Notes: generated by a model not told the origin, from the sequence alone. A stretch of DNA of 63,181 nt, filler included, from Octopus bimaculoides (GCF_001194135.2; 4 parts of 4 records of this genome joined end to end with filler, not necessarily neighbours in it); one strand, 5' to 3'. Counted from the first letter of the whole stretch, positions 50,690 to 62,944 are shown. Numbers and translations are program-made.

Positions 50690-53600
50690 CTGCTTGCGTG
50701 AGACTTCTCCCCTCCTTCCCTCCTTTCCGGAAGGTAGACTGGTTGTCCTGGATGTCGACGGCAGCGATGGGTGCGCTTTTCGACTCCTAGCAGTCTATGC
50801 ACCGCCTTTAACAGGTCGGCTGGATTTCTTTCGACATCTAGAAGTATTCCTGGGAACGTCTCGTCCTTTAATTTTAGTGGGGGATTGGAATGCTACCTTG
50901 GACCTGCATCTAGACTACGTGGGCAGAGATAGGAATAGACGGGGATGCAAATGCCTCAGAGACCTGCTCAGACGCTTTTAACTGTCTGACAGGTACCGAC
51001 TCGACCACCCAAATGCGCCAACGTGGACATGGAGCAACTGCATTGGGTCGTCGAGATCGTATCTAGATAGGATGCTGTGTAGGACAGTAGATAGGGATAA
51101 CTTTGGATGTCCTCAATTCCACATAGTCAGCTACACGGATCACAAACTTGTGACGTATATGCTAAATTTAGGTAAGGCGCATAGGCAGGGTCCCGGTTAA
51201 TGGAAACTGATCGCGTCTTTCCTGTCGAGACAGGTTTTCAGAGACCAAATTTGCACGCTAGTAAAGAGGGAGTCATCGTCAACAACAAATGGTGGTTTGC
51301 CCTCAAGAGAGCAGTAAAAGTGGAAGCAATTAGATATAGCAAAGCACTAGCCGTAGATAGAAACAGAGTGGAGGGTGAACTATTTAAGAAGTTAGAAGAG
51401 GCGATAAGAAGCGGTGTCACATCCGACGTTTTGGCGGCGAGGTTGGCCCTCGACCAACACTTCAACACGAAGGGTGTACTGTCAGGGCTAGAATGCGTGC
51501 TCTAAAGAACGAAGGTGTTGGAGCCGCGCGAGAGGCCCGGATGGCGGAGGCGCAGCGGGGCAACAAAGCCACCATTCGGTCTCAGGTAGATGAACAGGGG
51601 CCCGAATTACTCGAACCTAGCAAGATGTGCGAGGCGTTTGCGCAGCATTTTGCCTGACTGTTCGAACGAGAACGCAGTGGTGAGCGAGAACACAGGGTGG
51701 ACTTCAGTGCCTACCTGCACAGCCTGCCACGACTCTCGGCAAGAGATGCAGAGTGCTGCGAAGGTGCCACCACGGCGGCTGAAGTGAGGGACACGATGGA
51801 AGGATGCTCGAGGGACAAATCGTCGGGTTTGGATGGTCTGCTCTACAAGCTTTACAATTGTATGCCAGACTTGTCTGGAGACGTCTTGGCAGCGGTATAC
51901 TGCAACTGGCAGCAGAACGGGAGCATCCCCGGTTTTGTGAGCCGAGGAGTTGTAACGTTGCTGAAGAAAGATCCAAACAAGGGGGATGTATTAGATAACT
52001 TTAGGCCCATCACTTTNNNNNNNNNNNNNNNNNNNNNNNNNNNNNNNNNNNNNNNNNNNNNNNNNNNNNNNNNNNNNNNNNNNNNNNNNNNNNNNNNNNN
52101 NNNNNNNNNNNNNNNNNNNNNNNNNNNNNNNNNNNNNNNNNNNNNNNNNNNNNNNNNNNNNNNNNNNNNNNNNNNNNNNNNNNNNNNNNNNNNNNNNNNN
52201 NNNNNNNNNNNNNNNNNNNNNNNNNNNNNNNNNNNNNNNNNNNNNNNNNNNNNNNNNNNNNNNNNNNNNNNNNNNNNNNNNNNNNNNNNNNNNNNNNNNN
52301 NNNNNNNNNNNNNNNNNNNNNNNNNNNNNNNNNNNNNNNNNNNNNNNNNNNNNNNNNNNNNNNNNNNNNNNNNNNNNNNNNNNNNNNNNNNNNNNNNNNN
52401 NNNNNNNNNNNNNNNNNNNNNNNNNNNNNNNNNNNNNNNNNNNNNNNNNNNNNNNNNNNNNNNNNNNNNNNNNNNNNNNNNNNNNNNNNNNNNNNNNNNN
52501 NNNNNNNNNNNNNNNNNNNNNNNNNNNNNNNNNNNNNNNNNNNNNNNNNNNNNNNNNNNNNNNNNNNNNNNNNNNNNNNNNNNNNNNNNNNNNNNNNNNN
52601 NNNNNNNNNNNNNNNNNNNNNNNNNNNNNNNNNNNNNNNNNNNNNNNNNNNNNNNNNNNNNNNNNNNNNNNNNNNNNNNNNNNNNNNNNNNNNNNNNNNN
52701 NNNNNNNNNNNNNNNNNNNNNNNNNNNNNNNNNNNNNNNNNNNNNNNNNNNNNNNNNNNNNNNNNNNNNNNNNNNNNNNNNNNNNNNNNNNNNNNNNNNN
52801 NNNNNNNNNNNNNNNNNNNNNNNNNNNNNNNNNNNNNNNNNNNNNNNNNNNNGGGTCGACCTTGAGCGACTGCAACACAACCAAAGCATTCTATAGGGTA
52901 TTAGTGAAGGAGAGGTACAACGACGATCTCGGGGCAAACCTGGGCGTCGAGCAGGAATGCCTGACTCGCCTCTTCAAGACGATATTCGGGCCGGGACCTA
53001 TGGACAACTTCCAGAGATCCCTGGCCTGGCAGTGCTACCGAGAAGCACTACCCATTCGGGATAAGCTCTACAAACACGGCTCGAGAAACACAGGGCCGAC
53101 CTGCCCGAGATGCGGTCAGAACGACGAAACCGTTCTGCACGCACTCATGCAGTGTTCAACCATTTCCGACCTGTGGGCTTATATCGAATGACTTCTGTCA
53201 CATGTGGGACGAGTCGGTTTATCAGCCAAGTCAATCGTCAATATCGTCACCACTCCTTCCTTCGAACGGGAAGGAAAAGTTATTTTTATCGTACTTGTGA
53301 CTATGGCGAAAGAATGTTTATGGTGGACGTGTCTGAAAGGATTAGAGACAAACACTTTTCTCTCTGGTCAATCTCTGATCAACTTTTTCAAGTATCATTT
53401 GAAAAGGAAGGTGAGAGTAGAGAGGCAATTTTTGTCTAGTGACTGTTTCAAAAGAAGATGGGTGAATGTAGCAAGGATGGCACGTATGAATGATTAAGCC
53501 ACCTTGAGCATGATCCTGTGAACCGGGGAAAAAAAATTAAATAGAGAGTTACTTGTAAATAAATGGGTTAACATGTGACATTATTGCCCGAGGTTACCGT

Positions 53601-53832
53601 GGTCTTTTCGTAGGTTTTTCTTTCCACGGATAAACCTCCCCATTTCTTGGGAACTTTTTGTACTATTTCGACTCTTTTGTGTATATATCCCAAACGATTT
53701 CGATTCCTTTTGATCGTTGTCCCTACTTTTGTTTGTTTTTTTTCACTTTGTTTTCGCCCCATCCCCGAAAAGAAAAACTCTACATTGTAATTGTCTTGTC
53801 TGTGTTCAGCCCTGTGTGGCCAATAAAGAAAG

Positions 53833-53833
<1 letters not shown>
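50690..53833 (+). mobile_element. Tx1/L1-clade LINE copy 1, 5'-truncated within the APE endonuclease; runs to the 3' UTR (large N gap inside RT)
   Basis: RLLAVYAP..LILVGDWNATLD, SRSYLDR, YTDHKLV (APE); LLKKDPNKGDVLDNFRPIT (RT start); CPRCGQNDETVLHALMQC (C-terminal CCHC); 3' UTR ending GGCCAATAAAGAAAGT. Confidence 0.93.
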
Positions 53834-53875
<42 letters not shown>

Positions 53876-53918
53876 CCTACCTACCTACCTACCTACCTAT
53901 CTATCTATCTATCTATCT
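53834..53918. repeat. (TATC)n(TACC)n(TATC)n tract joining Tx1 copies 1 and 2
   Basis: Direct reading. Confidence 0.95.
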
Positions 53919-56900
53919 CGACTGACGTGATGTCACATCGGCTCCGCAGGTAATCGCTTTTTTCGACCTTTTATTGCACACATTGTGTTTCAATTTTTGC
54001 ACCCAGCTTTCGTTTGAGTGTGTTTTCAATGCAGGAATTGACCCCTAGAGGCAGTTTCAAACCTATTTACATTTCTATTTTCTTCGGTTTCCTTACCATA
54101 TTTCTAAACAAATATGGCTAAGCGAAACCATGAGGCTGACTTCCGGCATCTACCAATGCTAGAGGCGAAGGAAGCTGAAAGCAAAGCCGTTCCACGTGAA
54201 TGCACACAGGCCTTAGAAGGCGCGAATGCTTCTGCTACTATAACCACTGCCTCCACTATTGCTACCACCATCATCGCCATCACCACCACAACCAACACGA
54301 ATGCCGATAACAATTTTTCGAAGGAAGAACTACTTGCCTGTAAAGAAATGCTTACAAAAAATGAAGTCACCATTCAATTAGACACCTGAAAACATAAAAA
54401 ATATCTAAAACAAAAATCATTTACAAGACTCTCAACACGAAAACAAAAATACATGAAACAGCCACTCATAAAAATGTGGAAAAATGTTTTAGGCTCACAT
54501 GGGCCTTTAAAGACTACATAACGAGGGGAAACAGGTTTGCGACGATCGAAGTAAGATTCGACAGCGAAGAGCGAGCCAAGGACCTCTCCATAAGGTCCTT
54601 TCAACATGAAAATCTCCTCATGATACCTACATACCTTAGTCGTAGGGTCACAAAAATAAAAATAAAAAATGTGCCCTTTGAAATTGAAATAAAACGGCTT
54701 GTGTCTGCTATTTGCTATGACATCCTGGACCAGCAAAACTGGATTGGCCAGGGAGTAGAAATACTTGCCCAAATCGATCCAGCGATTTTTGAAAAAATTC
54801 CCCACTGAATCCAATTGACAGAGGATTCGAGCTTGCATGTAGCCGTCGAAGGCAGAAAGCCAAGTTGCTACGTTTGTGGTAGCAAAACACATTTAAAAAC
54901 TAACTGCCCACTAGCACAGAAACAACAACAACAACGACAACAAGATCACGAAAAACAACAACAACCACAAGAAAACCAAAAACCGAGCAAAAAATCAGCA
55001 CTACTACCCACACCGCCATATGCACAACGAATTAAGCAGCTCTACAAACAAATGAAGGAACATCAGCAACCAACAAGCCAGCCAAACCAAACAACACCAC
55101 CACCAGCACCACCAAGAACAGAACCAATACCATCATCTCCATCACCAACAACTCTACAGGAAGAAGAGGAAACCAAAAAGACTCATACCCCACCACCCAA
55201 AATCCAAACACCACATACCAACTGTTACCAAACAGCACCAACACCACCATCAACAAAATCAACACACTCAGAAATAGACCCCAATACCCTTCCCCTCCCA
55301 CCTTCTGATTCCTCCGACATGTCGGCAGATGGAGACGACACAGAGGATTGGCAAGTGGCCACAGGGGGAAGGAGAAAAGGGGGAAAAAAAGAATAGAGAA
55401 GCAGACAAACAAAGCGGGGAGGTTTACCACTCCTGAAACCAAAACACCCGCTGAAAACAAAAGCATAAACACAAACACACTAACACCAAACCCCACAACA
55501 ATGTTGACAGCTATAAACACCAACAATCCAGAGGTAGTAATAGGAGGGGGTGCAAATGCCTCAAAAACCTGCTCAGACGTTTCCAACTGTCTGACAGATA
55601 CCGATTGGACCACCCGAATGTGCCAATACGGCCATGGAGCAACCGCATTGGGTCATCCAGATCGTAATTAGATAGAGTATTCTGTAGGACAGTGAATAAG
55701 GATAGTGTAAGTTGTCCACAATTCCACATAGTTAGCTACACAAACCACAAATTTGTGACTTGTACACTTGATTTAGATAAGACACATAGGCAGGGTCCCG
55801 GTTACTGGAAGCTGAACGCATCGTTCACGGCATGCCAGGGTTACAGGGACTGGAATAACACATTAGTTAAGAGAGCATTGACGGGTGCCATCATCAACAA
55901 AAGATGGTGGTATGACCTTAAGAAAGCAATTAAATCAGAATCGGTTAGGTACAGTAAGGCCCTAGCATTAGACCGAAGTAGAATGGAGGGAGACCTAGTT
56001 AAGAGATTAGAAGAGGCACTTAGAACTGGCATCGCGTCCAACGTACTGGCGGTGAAGTTGGCCCTCGACCAACACTTCAACGCCAAACACGAAGGATGCG
56101 TTATCAGAGTTAGGATGCATGCTCTGAGGAATGAAGGAGTTGGAGCCGCCCAACAGGCCTGAGTGGCGGAGGCGCAACGAGGCAACATAGGTCCCTGATG
56201 AACAGGGGCGCGAAGTACTCGAGCCTGAAAGGATGTGTGAGGCCTTTCAACAACACTTTGCCCGACTGTTCGGGACAACTGTGGGTCAGAATGCAGAGTG
56301 GACTATAGTGCCTACCTGCACGGCCTGCCGCGACTCTCAGCAAGAGAGGCAGAGTGATGTGAAAGACCCATCACAGTCATGGACGTACGGGATGCAATAG
56401 CAGGCGTCTTGACAGCTGTCTACTGCAACTGGCAGCAAAACAGGAGTGTCCCCGTCTTTGCAAGGTGAGGAGCAGTGGCACTGCTAAAGAAAGATCCAAA
56501 CAAGGGGAACGTCATAGATAACTTCAGGCCCATCACTCTGCTCAACGCATATTTGAAAATTTTGGCCAAGGTGTTAGCCGAGAGGTTGCCACTTGTCATC
56601 GAGAAACTAGTCGACAAGGCGCAAACGTGCACTGTGCCTGGTAGGAGTATCCATGACAACCTCCATCTGATGCGCTACATCATAGACAGGGTAGTTAAGG
56701 TACCTGACATGGGTGGGGTGCTGGTCAATTTGGATCAATCCAAAGCTTTCGATAGAGTAGATCATCACTATTTGGAGGCAAGTTTTGTCTAGTGAATGTT
56801 CCAATAAAAGATGGGTGAATGTAGCGAGGATGGCACGTGTGAATGACGCAGCCACCTTGAGTATGATCCTATGAACCGGAAAAAAAAGAAAAGTTAAAAC

Positions 56901-57190
56901 AGTGAGTTACCGACTTGTAAATGTGTTATTATGTGACATTATTGCCCGAGGTTACCGTGGTCTTTTCGTAGGTTTTTCTTTCCACGGTTAAACTTCCCCA
57001 TTTTTGGGGAACTTTTTGTATTATTTCAACTTTTTTGTATATCCCAAACAATTTCAATCTGTTTTGATCGTTGTCCTTAATTTTGTTCTTTTTATTATTT
57101 TGTTTGTTTTGCCCCCCCCCCCCGAAAAGAAAAACTCTACATTGTGTTTGTCCCCTCTATGTTCAGCCCTGTGTGGCCAATAGAGAAAGT
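53919..57190 (+). mobile_element. Tx1/L1-clade LINE copy 2: 5' UTR + ORF1 + internally deleted ORF2 + 3' UTR
   Basis: ORF1 from ATG 54114; ORF2 remnants GPGYWKLNASF, DNFRPITLLN, VNLDQSKAFDRVD; 3' UTR ~56790-57190 closely matches 53430-53833. Confidence 0.92.
54114..55396 (+). pseudogene. LINE ORF1 (RRM-like region, CCHC zinc knuckle, Q/P/T-rich tail), disrupted
   Basis: RFATIEVRFDSEERAK..KIKIKNVPFE; CYVCGSKTHLKTNC (CX2CX4HX4C); DWQVATGGRRK. Split by stops and frameshifts. Confidence 0.85.
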
Positions 57191-57255
57191 TATCTTTCTA
57201 TGTATGTATGTATGTATGTATGTATGTATGTATGTATGTATGTATGTATGTATCT
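57191..57255. repeat. TATCTTTC(TATG)nTATCT tail after Tx1 copy 2
   Basis: Direct reading. Confidence 0.95.
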
Positions 57256-58511
57256 GCGATTTTTGCATGTTTAAAAGTTTTCATTGTAGAATATTTTGTG
57301 TTTAAAAGTTGTGCGACAACATTTTCTTCAAAACTTGATGGATATTTTTGTTTTTATCGGCAGATCGATAAGCCCTAACCCCAAACACTTTCAAACTGCG
57401 GATACTGGTAGAATGTGTCATATAGAACATCTTTTAGTCTTAGCGTTGTTGAGAAAAGTTTCTATTTGCGAAGCTATTTCGTGTTGTCGTATTTCGGTAA
57501 TTTCAACTAATGAATGACATCTATTGAGCTGAATAAAGTTACTGCTGTTGTTTGTCAGCAACAACTTCCGGTGGTATATATTTCGTTTGTCACTATTATT
57601 TATAACATATTTCATCTCAGTTACGTTCGTATGAATAAACGAGTGTACCTGAAGCACGTTTACTTCATGACACCACCATAACCCTTTGTGCATTTCTACT
57701 GTTCTTAGTTTTTTTTCCTGTCTTTCAGCTACTATTTTCGGAAAGACTTCCTCCCGTCCCCCACCCATTTTCTCCCAAATCATTGTTTTCAAAAAAATGT
57801 TTTGCCAAAAACCCAGCTTTTCAGATACGGAGATTCCGGAAAATTGCCAAAAATCGGAATTTTGAAATTTTTNNNNNNNNNNNNNNNNNNNNNNNNNNNN
57901 NNNNNNNNNNNNNNNNNNNNNNNNNNNNNNNNNNNNNNNNNNNNNNNNNNNNNNNNNNNNNNNNNNNNNNNNNNNNNNNNNNNNNNNNNNNNNNNNNNNN
58001 NNNNNNNNNNNNNNNNNNNNNNNNNNNNNNNNNNNNNNNNNNNNNNNNNNNNNNNNNNNNNNNNNNNNNNNNNNNNNNNNNNNNNNNNNNNNNNNNNNNN
58101 NNNNNNNNNNNNNNNNNNNNNNNNNNNNNNNNNNNNNNNNNNNNNNNNNNNNNNNNNNNNNNNNNNNNNNNNNNNNNNNNNNNNNNNNNNNNNNNNNNNN
58201 NNNNNNNNNNNNNNNNNNNNNNNNNNNNNNNNNNNNNNNNNNNNNNNNNNNNNNNNNNNNNNNNNNNNNNNNNNNNNNNNNNNNNNNNNNNNNNNNNNNN
58301 NNNNNNNNNNNNNNNNNNNNNNNNNNNNNNNNNNNNNNNNNNNNNNNNNNNNNNNNNNNNNNNNNNNNNNNNNNNNNNNNNNNNNNNNNNNNNNNNNNNN
58401 NNNNNNNNNNNNNNNNNNNNNNNNNNNNNNNNNNNNNNNNNNNNNNNNNNNNNNNNNNNNNNNNNNNNNNNNNNNNNNNNNNNNNNNNNNNNNNNNNNNN
58501 NNNNNNNNNNN

Positions 58512-60755
58512 CAAGGGCATCTACCATCACCGCCATCAAAGACATCAACTCTGCCGTCAACACAAACACCAACACTACAACTTCTGCTACTGCAGCTATC
58601 TCCTCTGCCACCACCACCACCACCAAGGACAAAACAAATTTTGCTGAAGCAATAAAACAAAGAACCATAGTCAAATTCACCGCGCAACAAATAAATGACG
58701 CAAAAGCCCTCCTTAGCAAAGAAGGAGATAATTTACAGCTACACATAAAAAAAAAAGCATCCTAGAAGACACACAGAAAAGAACGATCATTTATAAAATT
58801 ATCAACGCGAAAACAAAAAGACAAGAGCAAGCACCACAACAAAAATTAGAAAAATTCTTTCGCCCTGTTTGGCCACACAAGGAATACATGAACTGGTGGC
58901 ACAAATACGGCACCGTCCAAGTCCGATTCCAGGACGAAAATCTGGCCAAACGTTTCTCTACACTGACCATCAACACGGATGGGTTAGTGATGATACCAAA
59001 GTATTTAGGCCAGAGAGTGACACAATTCACAATAAAAATGTGCCTCCGGAAATCAAGACACAATGACTATTATCTGCCATCTGTTTCGAGATGGAGGAAA
59101 CAAATATCCTAGAAATTGCTGTTTTAGAACAACAAAATTGGGTCGGAAAGACACTTGAGATCCTTCTGCAGATTGATCAGCGAACAATTAATAAATTACC
59201 CACCACCATAGAATCAACAGAAAGCCACAAACTGTATATAGTGGTGGAGGGCAGGCGGCCACGCTGCTTTCTGTGCAACAGCGAAACACATTTGAAAAAC
59301 GATTGTCTGACTGCCACAAAAAAACAAGAACAACAATAGCCACCACCACAACCAGAAAAATCCTGGAAGAAACCACTACTACCCACACCACCATCAACAC
59401 AGAAGACGACACTAACAACTGAGAATACAACAGCAGCTGGAAAAACACCAACGACAACAACAGCAAGAACTAAAGAAACAAAAAGCCAAAAGAAAATACA
59501 AAGGCTGATTCCCCCTCCCCTATATCACATACACTTCACACAAACAATCAACAACCAACAACAACGAAAACAACAACACAACCACTTACACAAACACACA
59601 TAGAAGATTACAACTTGCCCCTACCCCCTTCCGATTCCTTAGAAATTTCGTCGGAAGACGAAAGCAGGAAGGAATGGCAAATAGCCAGAAAAAGAAGGAG
59701 GAAGAGGAGCAAGAAAGGAACCAAACCAAACACAAACGCAAACAAAGCAGGGAGATACACAACTCACGAAAACTTTTCGAACACCAACACTAGCACACAC
59801 GACACCGAGATCAACAACACCTCAAAAACAAACACACACACAATGCTCAGTGCCATCAACACGAAAAATACAGAGTTGATGGATTACATCAACACAAGAA
59901 CACATTAAAATATTGCACATCACACCAACCCTGCACCACACACTAAAATCCATTTACCCCGACGCAGTTGGAAGATACCAGTACTCTTCTAAAAAAACTT
60001 TATAGTGATCTCGAGGAAAAACCGAAGGAAGAGACACAAAATCTTTCGACATAAAGTCAGGTGAATTAGAAATCATAGCTATAAATTAGACCAGACTCCA
60101 TAATCCACGGACCCTACATCTATTTTTCTCCCTGTCTGCAGAGAATAGGCAGTAGTGGCAGTAGTCATCGAGAAACTAGTCGACAAGGCGCAAACGTGCG
60201 GCGTGCCAGGCCGGAGAATCTATGACAACCTCCATCTGATGTACTACGTCGTAGACAGGGGAGTTAAGGTCCCTGGCATGGGTGGAGCCCTGATCAATTT
60301 GGATCAGTCCAAAGCTTTCGATAGGGTAGACCCTATACTTGGTTTCGGTCCCGTCTTCCGCGGCTGGATAGCTGCCTTGTATAGAAGCATCCGTTCGGTA
60401 ATTCGCGTGAATGGGCATCTATCGAGAATTTCGACATTGCATGCTTGGTCCGTCAGGGATGTCTCCTCTCGTCGCTTCTGTACGTATTGACTCTCGAGCC
60501 ACTACTGCGGAAGCTGGCGACGCTGTGGGGTATCCCGCCATAACTGAGGTGCGGGACGAGCGTGTCCGCCTATGCGGACGACGTCACCATCATAGTGTCT
60601 AGCCACGAGTACATCGAGCTGTTTGGCGTGACACTGAAAGACTACGAAGCGGTGACCGGAGTGAAAATGAATCAGGAAAGTCAGTGGGCTTGCGGCTCGG
60701 CACCTGGAGAAGCAAGCCAATGCCGTCCCGCAATGCCTCAGTAGTGGGACGTTGG
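58512..60755 (+). mobile_element. Tx1/L1-clade LINE copy 3 (diverged ORF1 paralogue followed by an RT fragment)
   Basis: KYGTVQVRFQDENLAK..MIPKYLGQRVT; VVEGRRPRCFLCNSETHLKNDC; EWQIARKRR; then INLDQSKAFDRVD, VRQGC..LLYVLTLEPLL and SAYADD (60562+). Confidence 0.88.
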
Positions 60756-60914
60756 NNNNNNNNNNNNNNNNNNNNNNNNNNNNNNNNNNNNNNNNNNNNT
60801 TAATTAATTAANNNNNNNNNNNNNNNNNNNNNNNNNNNNNNNNNNNNNNNNNNNNCCCCTCTGTGTGTAGCCCCTTGTGGGTAGTAAAGAAATAACACAC
60901 ACATGAATATATAC

Positions 60915-61053
60915 ATTTTATTAAAGCCCCCAAAATCTTCACAAATGTAACTCAGAGTTTCATAATATCATTCGTTGGACACAACGGTCTGATGAGCAGT
61001 GGCTTGAAACTCTGGTTAACATTTTGTGAAGATCTTTTTGGCTCTAACAAAAA
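60915..61053. repeat. Imperfect inverted repeat (~48-bp arms) enclosing CTGATGAG...GAAAC; Penelope pseudo-LTR-like
   Basis: CTTCACAAATGTAACTCAGAGTTTCA (60937-60962) pairs with TGAAACTCTGGTTAACATTTTGTGAAG (61005-61031), with weaker extension outwards. Confidence 0.65.
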
Positions 61054-61174
61054 GTGCATTACTCTACCTTTGGTATTGAGTACTACTTTTGTGATTACTT
61101 ATGTATACACACACACACACACACTTTCTTTTATTCTTTTACTTGTTTCAGTCATTTTGACTGTGGCCATGCTG

Positions 61175-61290
61175 GAACACCAACCATGTAATTCTGGGTT
61201 TAGTCACACTACGTGGCACCTTGGAAGAGTGTGTTCCTGCGTTGACAAATGCCTTGCGAATGGATTTGGTTGCCAGAAACTGAAAGAAGC

Positions 61291-61329
<39 letters not shown>

Positions 61330-61530
61330 ACATTCAGGGGCAGTTGTAAATGAGTGTCACTGTTATACAAGCAGTGTCATTCATTTCCACTGTTCAGCGA
61401 AACTTTGTCTGGGCATGGAGGAAATGTTATGTTGCTTGGATACAGGTAAGGGTTGGTGACAGTAAGAGTATCCAGCCATAGAACAATCTGCCTCAAAAGG
61501 CTTCTGTCTGACCCATGCAAGCAGGGAAAA
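61175..61530 (+). mobile_element. SINE with family-A head and an alternative 3' tail
   Basis: Head CTACGTGGCACCTTGG..GAAACTGAAAGAAGCCC, then (TG)n, then a tail with GGTTGGTGACAGTAAGAGTATCCAGCCATAGAA..ACCCATGCAAGCAGGGAAAAGTGGA, unlike the tail at 50040-50243. Confidence 0.75.
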
Positions 61531-61574
61531 GTGGATGGTAAATAAAGATCACACACACACACACACATACGCAT

Positions 61575-61702
61575 CCCAGCCACATAGTTCCAGGTTCAGT
61601 TCCACTGTGTGGCACCTTGGGTAAGTGTCTTCTACTATAGCCTCACGCTGATCAAAGCCTTGAGTGGATTTGCTAAATGGAAACTGAAAGAAGCCCGTTA
61701 TA
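61575..61702 (+). mobile_element. SINE family A head fragment (runs into a gap)
   Basis: CCACATAGTTCCAGGTTCAGTTCCACTGTGTGGCACCTTGGGTAAGTGTCTTCTACTATAGCC..GAAGCCCG. Confidence 0.88.
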
Positions 61703-62510
61703 TATGTATATATATATATATANNNNNNNNNNNNNNNNNNNNNNNNNNNNNNNNNNNNNNNNNNNNNNNNNNNNNNNNNNNNNNNNNNNNNNNNNNNNNN
61801 NNNNNNNNNNNNNNNNNNNNNNNNNNNNNNNNNNNNNNNNNNNNNNNNNNNNNNNNNNNNNNNNNNNNNNNNNNNNNNNNNNNNNNNNNNNNNNNNNNNN
61901 NNNNNNNNNNNNNNNNNNNNNNNNNNNNNNNNNNNNNNNNNNNNNNNNNNNNNNNNNNNNNNNNNNNNNNNNNNNNNNNNNNNNNNNNNNNNNNNNNNNN
62001 NNNNNNNNNNNNNNNNNNNNNNNNNNNNNNNNNNNNNNNNNNNNNNNNNNNNNNNNNNNNNNNNNNNNNNNNNNNNNNNNNNNNNNNNNNNNNNNNNNNN
62101 NNNNNNNNNNNNNNNNNNNNNNNNNNNNNNNNNNNNNNNNNNNNNNNNNNNNNNNNNNNNNNNNNNNNNNNNNNNNNNNNNNNNNNNNNNNNNNNNNNNN
62201 NNNNNNNNNNNNNNNNNNNNNNNNNNNNNNNNNNNNNNNNNNNNNNNNNNNNNNNNNNNNNNNNNNNNNNNNNNNNNNNNNNNNNNNNNNNNNNNNNNNN
62301 NNNNNNNNNNNNNNNNNNNNNNNNNNNNNNNNNNNNNNNNNNNNNNNNNNNNNNNNNNNNNNNNNNNNNNNNNNNNNNNNNNNNNNNNNNNNNNNNNNNN
62401 NNNNNNNNNNNNNNNNNNNNNNNNNNNNNNNNNNNNNNNNNNNNNNNNNNNNNNNNNNNNNNNNNNNNNNNNNNNNNNNNNNNNNNNNNNNNNNNNNNNN
62501 NNNNNNNNNN

Positions 62511-62652
62511 TAGGAAGGGCATCCAGCTGTAGAAACTCTGCCAAATTAGACTGGAGCCTGGTGTTGCCATCCGGTTTCACCAGTCCTCAGTCAAATCGTC
62601 CAACCCATGCTAGCATGGAAAGCGGACGTTAAACGATGATGATGATGATGAT
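62511..62652 (+). mobile_element. Alternative SINE 3' tail ending in (GAT)n
   Basis: AGGAAGGGCATCCAGCTGTAGAAACTCTGCC..CCCATGCTAGCATGGAAAGCGGACGTTAAACGATGATGATG; homologous to 61440-61530. Confidence 0.75.
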
Positions 62653-62699
62653 GATATATATATATACATACATACACATATATAAATGTGTGTGTGTGT

Positions 62700-62840
62700 G
62701 GCTATGTTTGTACTCCAACCATAGATGGACAACTGATGTTAGTGTGTTCATGTCCCCATAACTTAGCAGTCTGGCAAAGAGGTGGTGCTCCAGTATGGCT
62801 ACAGTTGAATAGCTGAAACAAGCAAAAGAATAAAAGAGTG
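62700..62840 (+). mobile_element. SINE family A 3' half with internal deletion
   Basis: GACAACTGATGTTAGTGTGTTCATGTCCCCATAACTTAGC..GGTGGTGCTCCAGTATGGC..CTGAAACAAGCAAAAGAATAAAAGAG. Confidence 0.8.
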
Positions 62841-62944
62841 TGTTAAACTGAACCATTTATTTCTTCACTGGAGCATAGCGCCGGAACAAACCGATTATGT
62901 TGATGAGAGAAAGCATAAGAAATTATCATCTTAATAATTATTAT

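Noticed and set aside
50611-50690. Possible inverted ORF1 fragment at the 5' end of Tx1 copy 1 (twin-priming inversion)
   Set aside because: The similarity is only compositional (Thr/Ala/Asn-rich) over ~80 bp, with no alignable nucleotide match.
959-62580. Many long ORFs in the track (e.g. 14391-16418, 57418-58746, 51697-52896)
   Set aside because: They are open only because N runs or microsatellites contain no stops.
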